Source: Tubulanus polymorphus (taxonomy: Eukaryota; Animalia; Nemertea). From it: a stretch of DNA of 64,000 nucleotides. Location: positions 19,939,101-20,003,100 of the forward strand of contig NC_134025.1 of NCBI RefSeq assembly GCF_964204645.1, given 5' to 3'. Below the pieces are notes generated by a model. The model did no database searches and was not told the origin of the DNA. It saw nothing but the letters and a program-made list of their open reading frames with translations. Shown here one piece after another: positions 22,401 through 35,096 of the stretch. Each line of letters opens with the position of its first letter. Position 1 is the stretch's first letter. The position numbers were made by a program, and so were the translations under genes.

Positions 22401-24980
22401 TACGCCTTCAGCCGTTCTCAGGGTGGACGACCAGGGAAAGTGCCTCAAATTGGAATCGTGATCACCGACGGCAAATCGCAAGTAATGCGCCAAACCACCA
22501 GAGAAGCACGGTTAGCGAAAGAGCAGGGAATTATTCTGTTCGCAGTTGGTATCGGAGAACACGTCAGTCAAAAAGAGTTACGATCAATCGCTTCAGGTGA
22601 CGATTTTATATTTGAAAATAATGACTACGCCACTCTGTCAAAAATAGAGACACAACTTCAACAAAAAGCGTGCGAAAGTAAGTATTGAAAAAGAACTGCG
22701 AATGATCTTGCAAAATCAAGTCTCTTATCGATATTCATATTGCTTTCAGTTCCAATACCAACAGAGGTCAAAGTAGGAAAGAACTGCCGGAACAAGGAAC
22801 TTGACCTTATATTCGCTGTAGACGTAGCCAAACCGATCTATAAGATCGACTACTTCAAGACACTTGCCTTTGTACAAAGTGTCATGTATTCTATGGATCT
22901 TGGCGACGACAAGGGCAAAGTTAGTGTAATAGCGTTCGGGAATCACGTAGAACCTGCTTATCAACTCGGTGAACACAATTCTTATTCCAAAAACTCCAAA
23001 TCATTGTTCAACATTAAGCAGATGGATGGACCGTCAGATTTTGCCAGTGTCCTACAATATGCCAGATCTAGAGGTTTCAATGAGCGATATGGCGCGCGCA
23101 AAAGTGCGGCCCAGGTTCTTGTACTGGTAACCGATGGCAAGTCAGCAGACTTTGCAGAAACTGTCCGACAAGCGGAAAGAACAAAAACGGCCCGCATAAG
23201 AATATTTGTGGTGGGAATCGGCCCCGATGTAAACACTGGAGAACTGGAAGCTATAGCATCTATGCCGGCTAGATACCATGTGTATAAGGTTGATAACGTT
23301 GATCAGCTGGCAAAAGTCAAAACTTCAATATCCAGGAAAATATGTAGTGTATCAGGTCCAGTACAACTCGAAGGTAGGTCGACCGAGTATTCTAGTCGAA
23401 CAATCTTTAGACTGTCACTTAAGATGTGCTGCATTGAAATTTCTATGAATATATATTGCAGCTTGTGGTCGAAGAAAGGGAGCTGACATAGCTTTTGTAA
23501 TGAACACCGAGAATGCTATTGCTAAAGACGTTGTCAAAACGAGAGCTTTCATGAAGAACATCACTACCAGTTTCAACATGGGCAAAAACAAAATCAAAGT
23601 GGCCGCGCTACCAACAAAATGTAACTCAGTGCCTGGTTTCAGACTCAACGAAGGCGGCGAAGACAAGAAAGTTGCGCTAGAAAAGATCGGAGCCGATACT
23701 AACAAGGACGCTCTTACTGCATTGTTGACCGACGTTCGCACAGACGCATTCGAAGAGAAAAACGGTGCTCGAAAGGGTGTGAAGAAAATTGCCATCGTCG
23801 TTACAGACAATAAACCAGAAAATCCACGTAAAACTCTATTAGAAGCGATGAAAACGAAGATGTCAGATGTGGAAATATTCGTGATAGGGGTCGGCAAGGA
23901 GGTCGATTCGAAGCTGCTGAAAAATATAGCATCCACGCCGACTGAACGCCATGTAGCATTTGTACCCAATTACTCTACATTACACGAAACTAAAGAAATG
24001 TTAGTCGACAACGTATGCGAAGGTAAGATCGATATGTTTTCTTGAAAAAAATGACTCCATTTTAGGTATCTTAGGAATCTTTACATCCATTCTTAATGGG
24101 AATTCGGTACGCTTAAAATCACTTTGTGGGATATAAGGGGAATATAAATATGTAACTCGAACTCGAACCAATTATTAACTCCCAACTTGAAACAAACTAG
24201 ATGCTAGTTGTATAGACTGATCCCAGCAACAAAGTTGTGAGTTACCATTTACATTTCGACTCGTCGAGATCAAATTCACAATGTTCTTACTTTTTGGGTG
24301 CATTTCTCGAAAGGCTATGAGGTCATTTTAGTTGGAAATGGTGGATATGATAATTATCGGAAGATTTTTGGCATTTTTTTTTGCTTTGACGTCGAAGAAA
24401 GATATCCCGAAGAAAAATATGGTATTTTGAACACATATCAGAAAGTGACAACCTGAAGAAGGTTGTCAATAAATCAATATGAAAAAGTGCAATTTCAGCA
24501 TTACGTAAACCATGATTTGAAATGAATTTGAAGATTTGTCGGAGTACTCGAAAACCTCACTGAGTTTTTTTGCAAAATAAGTCATTCACTTGCGCAGTCG
24601 TCGTACCTGTAAACAGCAATGAAATACGGCGAGATAGAATGTATGTCGATTCATACATAAACCCAATACATGTTGCAAATTTAAGAATGACATCAACTGT
24701 GCCTCGCCTTGTGTAATTAGCAGTTCCAAAAGTATAGTGAGGATTATCATACAATTTTGAGAACAATCATCCGTTTTTTCGTTGGTTTCTGGTTAGACCT
24801 ACGAGCAATCATCCCAAAATCTTGAGATGATTGCTCGTAGGCTAGACATAGTATATAGCCGACACCGTGGTCTTCACGTACGTTACATCAAGATCGCAAA
24901 GTCCGTCATGAAGCGAGGCTTCTTTGATTGATACTATGTGATTATTGATTTCTTTTACAGAACTGGAAAATGGGTCTTAA
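19438..24980 (+). CDS. Secreted three-VWA-domain protein (matrilin/collagen-VI-like VWA modules), ~622 aa; join(19438..19485,19954..19990,22099..22677,22750..23373,23462..24022,24961..24980)
   Basis: Signal peptide MNCGTESGLSMFFFILVAIFSSPSSVIA is built from two small exons. Three phase-1 exons each encode a C...DIVFxxD...IVITDG...FAVGIG...C VWA module. MIDAS DDSSS is intact only in VWA1. All junctions are GT-AG and in phase. Confidence 0.88.
19700..19866. mobile_element. Tc1/pogo-like MITE
   Basis: TA|CAGTGGAACCTTGTT ... CAACGAGGTTCAACGG|TA: imperfect TIRs flanked by TA. Confidence 0.55.
24798..24841. repeat. Short perfect hairpin, probably a miniature TIR element
   Basis: CCTACGAGCAATCATC / GATGATTGCTCGTAGG form a 16-bp inverted repeat with a 12-nt spacer. 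Confidence 0.6.
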
Positions 24981-27900
24981 ATCGACGAGAAAGTAGTTAC
25001 TATAATGGCACGCCAGGTCGAGAGAACATGATCAGGGTAAAAGACTCGGACATTCTACCAAAGATAGTGACATCCGATTAGTACACCAGCATGGCTACTG
25101 CATACTTGTTGAAACTTAACTGTATGATAGAATAGATAACCATAGTAATTTATTGATGCATAGATTATATATCATATGTGTATATTTTGACATCTGAAAT
25201 TGTAAATTATTAGTTTTCATTTTACGTCTGCTTAAACACAGCTGACCGTGGTTAGATCGAAATGGGGCACGTGTGTGCCAAATTTATTACATTTTTCACA
25301 AGACAGCCTACGTTTGAATTTTTCACATTCCAAACCAGGTTTTAAATAAATACACTACAGAACAAACGATTATATTGCTGCAGTTCTTAATCAATTAGTA
25401 ATTATTGCTATGCATTGAATTTAAAAACGTTAAAATAAATAAACGGGTTATTAGGGTGTGGATATTGTTAAAATGTCAAAAAGCTATGAAGAATGTGTAT
25501 AAGTTAGTCTGATAGCTTATCGTAAAGATGTAAATTATTTAAAAAATCAGGCATTAGAATTATTTTTTAATGTTTTTAGTAAAATATACTAATAAATAAA
25601 TGTGATTGATTTGATGTGAAAACTGATTTCATATATTGAATACGCGGATCATGTCTACACACAAGGCAAAATAACACCACCCTAACCACCAGTGTAAACT
25701 TATAAGCAAAAATCAATGAAATACACCTGATGCAAACAGGTAGAACCACTTATCTCTGTAAAATGAAACTACATAACCCAACAAATATTCAATATAGCCG
25801 CCCCGATGCGATTCTTACCCTCCGCCTATGAATCAACGACCAATTACGTAAGGCCACACCGGAAGAAAACCTTGTTTCTCGGCCTCGACCCAATATTTCG
25901 TCATTTCAAATGATTATTTTCGAAATGAAATAGAATTGCCTACCGAGGTATTTCAAAATTTTGAATGAAATAAAACCCGATCAAAACTGTAGGCTATATA
26001 CGTAAGTGTACAAACATAATATTCACGTGCCTGTGCCGCTTTCTTACTGATGGGCTATCAATGCGCATAGCACTGTCCGTTTGATAGACTGGTCGCCTGT
26101 CCAATTCTGCGCCCACCTGCATTCGCCGTCAGAATAGTAACCTTCTAACTGAAGGTAGAGACCGACAACCAGTCTATCCGTTTGATGGCAACGCATCCAC
26201 AGACCTCATACGCACTGTATATTAGAAATACAAAACAGCTCCCCGTGTGAAACTTATAGGCAAACTCAGCTCCAGATGTGAAGTACCAACTGCGCCACCC
26301 CTTGACGGAGAAACCCATCCTCATCAGAGCTGCGCCGTCGGTGTCATACAACTACACTTCAGATACCCCAGGACCGTACTCTCATCTGGAAAATGTGCGT
26401 TTCGAAATGTGCTTCCTTGCTATCTAGTCAACACGCGGGACAATCAACTTAGAGGACCGCCGATCACACAACTATATCTGTACTTCGATTTCCGTTTTCA
26501 AAATCAAACCCCCTGTTTCGCTCCCGGCAGGTGTGGTGGGTCTGTAAGAGACATTACGAAAGCGTAAAATCATTCAGATTCATTTATTTCAACTTTTTTT
26601 TGCCCATTTTCTTCCAAATCATGCGCACACTCATGCTCACACTGATTTATTTTACCAACAGTCTCACAAAAGCTTCGGCTATTATGTTTGTCGCTGGTAC
26701 CGAGACACTGGTTTTGGAACCGACGCTATATCGGAAACGCTTACACAAACCAGTTACACGGCTGCAACTGAACATTTTTGGATTAATGAATGCATGTATA
26801 GCATAAGGCACATTTTTGGCAAATAAAATGGAATATGTTTTAGTATAGAGTATTTTTATTGCTCGACAAAGATACATTTGCTTCGAGCACTAAAACAAAA
26901 AACTGACTTTGGGAAATTTGGAAGCGGCTTTGATAAATTGAGTAAGTTGTTTAAGCTGTTTCCATTTAGTTTCCATTAGTTGGGTAGTTTTGTGCACGCT
27001 TGGCCTAGTTCTGAAAAATGATTTTAAGAATTTAGTGCGAATGTTTCGGAAAATGGGCACTCAATAACGTGATGGAATTCGTCCCCAAAAATGAATTATT
27101 CTACACCAAGAAATCAAAAACTACAGAATCTTTTAGAAATATTATAGGCTCGTTTTGATGCCATTCCATTCACAATTGGTATTTTGCAAACACACGTTAT
27201 CGGAAATCTTCAATGTCGTTATATTTCAATTTCCATCAATTGAAATCGATGCAACTTTTCTACAAAGCGAATCAATTATCAACGAAAAATTATATCAAAC
27301 GCCGAGTATCAATCCAAGATTCTTGGCATGTCGTGTGAAAATATATGAAAACCCAGTTCGAAGCGTATTCGTTCCTTTATTTTTTGACATGGAGTACGCA
27401 TCGCACCATCTAGCGGGATAGCTGGTAGTTCCCGTTGGAGAGGGCACCATGGATATGACTGAGATTCTTATTGGTTTGTCATACAGTGAAATAACGCAAA
27501 ACACATCTTGAGTGTTTAATTACAGCTTTTGAGAAGAGGTAGAAATTGATGAGTCTGATAGGAAATATGGTGTTGCATCGAAAATGAATTATATGTATTT
27601 AACAAAATCAACTATTTTTCCACCTTGGTGTAACATATATACTTCAAGTCATATCATAGTTAGGATTCGCAGTGTAATAACGTTTAGAGAAATTGATGAG
27701 TCAATTTTGGACAAGTACTGAGATTGATTTAATTCATTCATTTTTCAGAAAATTGAAAAGAAAACATGTTTTACTTGTGGACTCGTTCACATTGATTGTC
27801 AAGACTAAATCTAAGACCGGACTAAAATCGTCTTGGTTTTATAAACAATGTATAAGAAGACTTTTCACGTATACGCTAATTCAATCTCAAGAGATCGCCT

Positions 27901-28799
27901 ACTCCCACGTAACTTATTTAATATCCCAACCCTTGAAAATCTAAAAAAAAAACTATTCGAAACCCGAAATACCTTTCTATTATGTAATTTAAGCAAACTA
28001 TGCCGTCAGGTTGACAATAGATAATTTATCCTACGGTTACTCTTTGATTGACTATAAATACTATTCAATGTTTCAGTCTGTATTCAATTGGGCTCAGTCC
28101 CACGAAGGTAATTAGTGACCAGTTGCTTATGGTAACCTTTAAATTTGAATTGTGTTTATTGTGTAAAATTGATGTAAAACTACCCGTTGCCGGTGCGGCT
28201 GATGCCGCCACTGCTGCTGCTGTTAAATCTCAACTTGTCATTAATAACACTTATTGATATCGTGCACTAACCATTCAATCAGCTCCTGTCAATGCAAATT
28301 TTTGTGTGGTCAATAAAATTTCTAAATGTGAAAGAGATATTTTCACCTACCTTTTCTTTCGAAAGCTAACGTCACAATTTCATCGATAGAACGCCAATCA
28401 ATTGCATACACTTTTACAAAATCTATTTAGTTCAATGAATAATACTTAAGAAATATCTATCCAGAAAACATGTTTGTTTACGAATGAATTACTAATGTTT
28501 ATGCAATATACATGCGTATTCTTTATATGCGTATATTTTTGATGTTAAGTTAATGCTTCTTGGTTCAGTTTCATGAAAACGTTTAAGCTTAAAACGGTTT
28601 AGTTTGAATTGTTGTCCTCATTAAAAACATTGAGTAAACGATACAGCTAGCTAAGGCGAAAAACTGAGTTTGACGTACAGTAAACTATCGCAGGCCGGGC
28701 AATTTTCCAGAAAATATGAACAACTGCCCTGAATGTTCTAGGAAATGCTTCTTATTTATCATGCGCACGGCTTTTCGTATTTTTTTTTTTATTTTTTGA

Positions 28800-30230
28800 A
28801 ATTTGATTTCAACATGATGTACATGGTGTTCCCATGTAATTCTGTCGGGAGCCTGGGAATCTAGCAGTTTTCACCTTCTTTATTTCTTCATTATCAATAA
28901 ATAGTTTTACAGTCCTAGTTATTTTCATACTTCCTGAGAATATCAAACGATTGGCGTTATCAATATTTAAGGATAGTTTATTAGCGCAGAGCTACGTTCT
29001 TAATTTCAATTAATTAATTTCAATTAATTGTTCATTTCAGTCTCGAGATTTTAAGGACATCTACTGCGAATTAAACTAGTGTCATCTGCGAAAACGATCG
29101 AATCTAAATTTTTGAAGCTTCTGTGATATCAACAATAGAAATAAAAGCGGTCCTAGAACCTGAACCATGTATTTGAAATGCCTCTAATGCCATAATGATT
29201 CATTTTGTACAGTAAAGTCGAATAATCTAATGTATAAAGACCCTTTTAAAATCGAGAACAATTAGGGCTGTAATTTTACCACTTTCAAGGTTTTAGTAAT
29301 TTTGTCTAATTATGTTATCAATGCAGTCTGTTGATTTTTTCCCGAAAGCCAAACCGTTCGTCAGATAAAGTCGAGTGTTTATTACAAAAGTTCGATAGTC
29401 GACTTTACATGAGTTCTTCTAGAATGTTTGAAATAGAGGGGAGACTTGGAATAGGACTTATCTCATATAGCTCTTAACTTTGCACGCGAAGCCAGATTTA
29501 AAGATAGGTACAACTCTGGCCGTTTTGTATGGTGGCTGATTCGGGCCATAACGTAAAATTCCTGGTATGCAAATGAGGGCGCCAGACACGGATTTCTAGA
29601 GAAAATTCGACATTTTTCGTTGTTATGGCGGGGGCGCCAAAACGCAAGTTCATTTTGGTGGGGGCGCCAAAACAGAATATTCTTTTTTTGACGGACTTTC
29701 AGATAAAATTGGACGTTTTTTCGTTTTGGCGTTCTGGCAACCTCATTTGCATACCAGGAATTTTACGTTATGGCCCGAATCAATCACCATAGTTTTGAGT
29801 TTATTAGGAACAAAACCGGATTTGAACGATCTGTTGAAAATGTGGCATAATGGAGTCTCGATTTCTGGTGATGACGTATTTGATGATTTTCATGGTTTAA
29901 CCACCAGTACCAGCTGTGTTAGAGGGGCTCGCACTGAATCTATAATTTCAGCTTCGACTATTGGAAATAGAAAAGGTTTGAGAGGTTTTGATTGGGAAAG
30001 AATTGTCGAAAATCTTCGAATTGTCTTTTAAATAATCTCGTTTATGATTTTCCAAGTGTTTATCATGATATTCTTCTGGTTTAAAAGATTTATTTATAGT
30101 AGTAATGTTTCTCAGCTGTTTTAAGTATACCATGAGGTTTATTTTTGTAATTTAGGTATTTATTCTTATACCTATTGGAATTACTTTTCTGAAGAATATC
30201 TTTATAGAAGAATGTTTTTTTTAATGTAAT
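28800..30230 (-). mobile_element. Decayed CR1/L2-type LINE reverse-transcriptase relic (copy A)
   Basis: Minus strand retains NHYGIRGISNTWF and FADDTS-like motifs; many stops and frameshifts; colinear with 37390-38730. Confidence 0.65.
29528..29791. mobile_element. IS3EU-like MITE with a perfect 6-bp TSD (GTTTTG)
   Basis: Long TIRs TATGGTGGCTGATTCGGGCCATAACGTAAAATTCCTGGTATGCAAATGAGG / CCTCATTTGCATACCAGGAATTTTACGTTATGGCCCGAATCAATCACCATA; GTTTTG at 29522-29527 and 29792-29797. An internally deleted counterpart lies at ~38184-38272. Confidence 0.8.
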
Positions 30231-30946
30231 GGCAGAACTATTTTTCTATCATTACAAGGTTCCAGGTAGTGGGAACGTCTCAAAAAATACAAACCTCGGA
30301 ACAAAGTTTAGATTGCCAATATTGCTAGAATTTAATTCCCAACTGATGACATACGTCGCCTGAAACCGAATAAGTTTCAGAACGCTAGGTTTTTGAATCG
30401 GAGTTTAACCTGTCATATTTGAATTTTAAGTGGAGATGATAATGATTGTAGCTCCCTAAAAACCGTCCTAAAATACTAAGATATTTTGATGGAAAGCTAG
30501 ATACGTATCTAACGTACGATGTGCCCACTACAGCGTTATGCGCGACTTTTGCCAGTTTTACAGTTTATCTTTAATTTCATTACTATGGCTTTTAAGCTAT
30601 TTAACGCTTGGCCAGACTGATATGCGTACGTTCCCTGCTCTGCAATTTCGTTCACCGTTTAACTAATAGCCGTCCGAAAATTGCATTCATATATATTTTA
30701 AACGATTCACCATACGCTGGCGATCTATTCTGTTATAATGTGAAAAATCGTTATTTCAAAAATTTGGCAAGCGAATGGGTAAACGAATGACGTCCTTTCA
30801 AAATCAGCAAATCAATGCACAAACGTTAAACATAATGCCGTAGTATCGAGTATCGAGTACATAAGTCTTTCCAGGTATCATTTGTTAAATTGCATCTATT
30901 AGCTCTGCTAACAAGACTATAGTATATTCCAGTTCGCACCATATCG

Positions 30947-31993
30947 ATGTTTAATCTACCGGTACGTGATTCATCAAATCGCCGTTACACATTTTCCTTA
31001 GCGAAAAAAAACACGAACACAACGATGAATTCATCCCAGTGCCCGATAGACGAGATACAAGTATTCAAACACTACGTGATAGTATATGGCGTCGGTGCAA
31101 TCTGCGTCTTGGGTATATGTTTGAACATCTTCGGGATTTTCGTTTTTCGAAAAATGACGGAGAGTGGACAAGCTATCTATCTCCTCACACTACTATCAAT
31201 AGCCGACACAGTTTATCTGCTAAACATTTTTCTCGATAGTCCGGTTCGACGTCTCATTTACCAAATAATCCACGGTGACAAATTATTTCGTAGGAAAGAC
31301 TACGGTGTATTTCCGATCTGGAACTGGTTCCGCATTGCTGCTTACAAGTCGACTGTTACAATTCGCAATTGGGTTGTCCTTCTGTCAGCAGTTGTTCGAT
31401 GTTTGCACATTTTGTTTCCGCTATGGTCCCGTCGAAACATTGATCGGAAATTTGTGAATTTATGTACGGCGATAATAGCGATCGTGTCGGCGGTAATATA
31501 TATACCTCGTTATTTCGGCGGTCGCGTTGTCCCGTTTAAGTGTCTGGGATCTTCAATGTCGAGTCCAACTTATCCAAAATTTGTGAAAGGAAAAGCAATG
31601 GATTTGAGCTCAACATGGATTTATTTGATAGTAACAGTAAATGCACCTATGATTATTCTTATGCTCGCAAACACGATTTTGCTGTGGTCCGTCAGTCGTT
31701 CGGTGAAAAATAGGAAATCGATGACGTCATCTAATACCGAAATAAATGTTAACACAAGAGCCACTCAACTTGTGATCATAGCTACTCTTATATATATAGT
31801 TTGCGAGTCACCAACAATCATTTCAAGAATATTTAATTATTTCATTAAATACGAATCCACAATTACGATGAGGAAAATGTTTGTCCTCTTAGACAACCTG
31901 ACTCCGATCGACTCAGCTATCAATTTTGTTATCTATATTATTGCCAGTAAAATATTCAGAAAAACCGCGTATAAAATACTGTTTGCCAAATAA
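30947..31993 (+). CDS. Intronless class-A GPCR, FMRFamide/peptide-receptor-like (chemoreceptor-type), copy A
   Basis: Seven hydrophobic segments; GICLN (TM1), LSIAD (TM2), VRCLHILFPL in place of DRY, IPRYF, CESP (TM6), DSAINFVIY (TM7), helix 8 FRK. The true start may be the ATG at 31025 (MNSSQC). Confidence 0.9.
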   Translation: MFNLPVRDSSNRRYTFSLAKKNTNTTMNSSQCPIDEIQVFKHYVIVYGVGAICVLGICLNIFGIFVFRKMTESGQAIYLLTLLSIADTVYLLNIFLDSPVRRLIYQIIHGDKLFRRKDYGVFPIWNWFRIAAYKSTVTIRNWVVLLSAVVRCLHILFPLWSRRNIDRKFVNLCTAIIAIVSAVIYIPRYFGGRVVPFKCLGSSMSSPTYPKFVKGKAMDLSSTWIYLIVTVNAPMIILMLANTILLWSVSRSVKNRKSMTSSNTEINVNTRATQLVIIATLIYIVCESPTIISRIFNYFIKYESTITMRKMFVLLDNLTPIDSAINFVIYIIASKIFRKTAYKILFAK

Positions 31994-32267
31994 CAAATAC
32001 ATTCTTTTATTTGCAAATACTGTTTCATTCGACCGCCGATCACATAACTATACTTCGATTTCCGATTTAAAAATCAGGTGGTTCAAAATCCGGCAGGTGT
32101 GATGGGTCTGTAAAGGGCTCGAAATCAAAACAAGTCTTATCTATTCTACGAAATGACTAAATGAGAGGGACAATCCCACAGATGTAAAAACGCCACCAGC
32201 CACAACGAATTATTATATTGAACATAACGATATTATACTTTTTGGTTATGACGCAATGACCGAGAAA

Positions 32268-35096
32268 TTATCCATAAAACTAAATCAAAGGATAATTATG
32301 TTGCCGTGTAGTTTTTTCTTCTTTATCATGTTTTGGTCCCCAACTGGGATGCGGTTTACAAGTGCTTCGAAGTCTCTACAAAATATGAAATTGAAATACT
32401 TTGGTTGATAGAATACTATTATGACGGAATACTACTTAGTCGTTTCATAATTCCTATGTAACCTTTTAAGTTTGATGCTCGTTTTAACAGGAAATGTCGG
32501 TGTATCAATACGCCGATCATTATTCCTATGAAACAACAGTTTGAAGCATCTGATTTTCCGTAAAGCATGTGGACAGTAACATGCAGTTTCACAAATATCT
32601 TTACAGCGCTGGTTAACAATATTTTCTAAATGAAACAGGCGCTATACCAATTCACAGATTATTATTGTATTATCTTTATTAATCTATTCAAGGCTTCTGG
32701 CAAATTTTTGAAATTACCTTTACAAAATTGCCTTTACTGACTACGAGATAACCAAAGAAATTACACAGACTAGGAAGGCAAGACACGACTGTAAACGACC
32801 ATCCAAATCCTATTGCCCATGCTGGATATGTATAGTATCCATACGTTGGCGTTAGTGCTGTTGCGTAGCCGTAAAATAAAAACATCTAAAGAAAATATAT
32901 ATCAAGAGATAAAAGACTTGCTTTCTTTTCAAGTGACTGTTGTTCAATCGAAGAAAAAAACCAAAAACTGTTCCCGTTTCGAAAATGGCTCGAATAGCAT
33001 TTAATCGAAACGTAAAAATCCTGAATTATAGGTTTTGATTTGAGCGAAATTGATGGCTTTCGACTGCAAATGAATCATTTTGTTGTTCGGCGCACATTGA
33101 GATGAATCAGTCAAGGGAAATCTTCATGAGACGTTATGGGTGAATCATTCGGTTGAAATTTTGCTAGCGTATATGGTGTGTGCGTATATATGGCTATGGA
33201 TAGAATACATGGATTCTCTTACCAGTAAAAGAGTAGGTATCGCAAAGCACCAACATATTTTCCATAAAATATTGGGCTTCTTTCCTAACATCATTTCAAT
33301 ATCCCTAGAAAATCTGTTCACGCCTTCGAAATGTAGAAGAATACGTATTATTTATCAATTGAAGTCGATTTGATATGCATAAATGAACATACAGATGTAA
33401 TGAACATCATGATCGTATCGTTCGAAATGTAGAAGAATACGTATTATTTATCAATTGAAGTCGATTTGATATGCATAAATGAACATACAGATGTAATGAA
33501 CATCATGATCGTATCGTCTGTAGTTTTCTCATGATAGCGTAAATAAATCAAATGATGCACTGAAGCATCGCTATCACGAGGACAGTATACGCGCAGCCGT
33601 ACCAATCGACGATCTGGAACCAATATATACCAGCCTAAAAGAAAAAGAACCATACCTCTGATGCAATAGACCAAAATTGAAAAAGAAATTGTAAATTCTA
33701 GTGAAACATATAGGGAAACTCGTTGAATTGTAGTTTGTAAATCCATTCAATTGATGAATTGAATTAAAAAAGAATGTGGTGTCGTACCCTCGAAACAAAT
33801 ATCAGTCCCGTTATACAGCATATTATAACGGTAACTATCAGAACAATTAACCTTCTACTTCTGAGAGTCTCCGGGAACTTGTCAACAATCCCGCTAACAA
33901 CTGTTTCAACGCAGATAAACTGGGAAAAGAAGAACTTTTTACTAATATCGATACTTTGAATCGTCAAAAGCATTTTAAAGCATTATCAATGGCAACATGT
34001 CAATATTTCCTTACTTGAGAGTCGAGACCAACTGTTAACAACATGATGAAGAATAGCACAGACCATATCGCAGCTCCTGGAATCTTTGATAGAGCTTCCG
34101 GGTAGGCCACGAATGCAAGTCCAGGCCCTTGATTTGTGAATCATTGAAATGAAATAATGAAATGATATCAATGAAATAATATTTATGGATGCATTTAAAA
34201 TGAAATGAAATAGGGTTTTTTGTTTTGTATCTATTATTATATATGTAACGGCAGTAAACGCTTCATCATACCTGAAGTTACAGCTTCGCTCACCGGTACA
34301 TTTCCTTCATGAGCGATTTGACCAATGATAGAAAAGATAAATCCGGCAAAAAAGCTAGAACAGCAGCAGACAACGGGATAAACAATGGCGTCCCTGGGAA
34401 AACGTCACAAAGAAATTATCTACCATCAATTAGAGAATTAAATGGATTTTGGTCTAAATCAAAATGAAAGTTTTAGTGTATTGTATAGAATTTACTTCAT
34501 ATGACCCGCATACCTGTACAAATTGTGAGGAAAACTTGTTGTAACTCGCCATGGTTATCAATCCTCCCCAACCTGGACCTAAAGGATAGAAAATCTGGAA
34601 ACAGGCTTCACACCATATCAAAAAAAGAATGGCGTATGTTAGGATTGGAACATACTAATCGTTTATGGTATGGGCAAGAGTAATCGCTTTTTTTGAAATG
34701 CGTCCTACAGGCCTCATTTACCATATTATTTCATTATTTACCTTAAAAGACAATAGTTTCTGCCAGTCTGGCGAAATGTAAAACAGAATGCCGTCCCGTG
34801 CACCGGGCAGAGTCAATCCTCTAATGAGAATTACTACTAAGAATACGTACGGAACAGTAGCAGTCACATACACAATCTGAAATAATTTTTAGGATGCAGT
34901 TTTTCAGATAAAACATAAATCATGATGCCTGATCCCCTATGCCAAAATGAAACTAATATATACCTTTCCAGAAGATTTAAACCCTTTAATGACACAAAGG
35001 AAGATAATCGTCCAAGCTGCCAAAAGGCAAAGCACCAGTTGCCATCGCAATCCTCCTATATCACTGATGCCAGTAGTCATATTTAAAACGTGAAAC
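32268..35096 (-). pseudogene. 5'-truncated SLC6 pseudogene (exons 4-13 only) in duplication copy A
   Basis: Colinear with 40744-43480 but lacks exons 1-3. Lesions: exon-6 acceptor AG>TG (~34620), +1 frameshift in the SYNKF exon (~34530), 3-nt deletion in exon 7, TGC>TGA plus loss of the exon-10 donor (~33537-33550), GAG>TAG in the last exon. Confidence 0.85.
33325..33517. repeat. 96-bp tandem duplication present only in copy A
   Basis: TTCGAAATGTAGAAGAATACG...CATGATCGTATCG at 33325 and 33421; single in copy B (~41803-41898). Confidence 0.85.

Noticed and set aside
26030-26420. GC-richer stretch with short ORFs on both strands
   Set aside because: The frames I translated are interrupted or unrecognisable and I found no splice context; left unassigned.
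32268-35096. Alternative 3' exon cassette for the minus-strand SLC6 gene
   Set aside because: Orientation would permit it, but lost splice sites, a frameshift and premature stops make a functional product unlikely.
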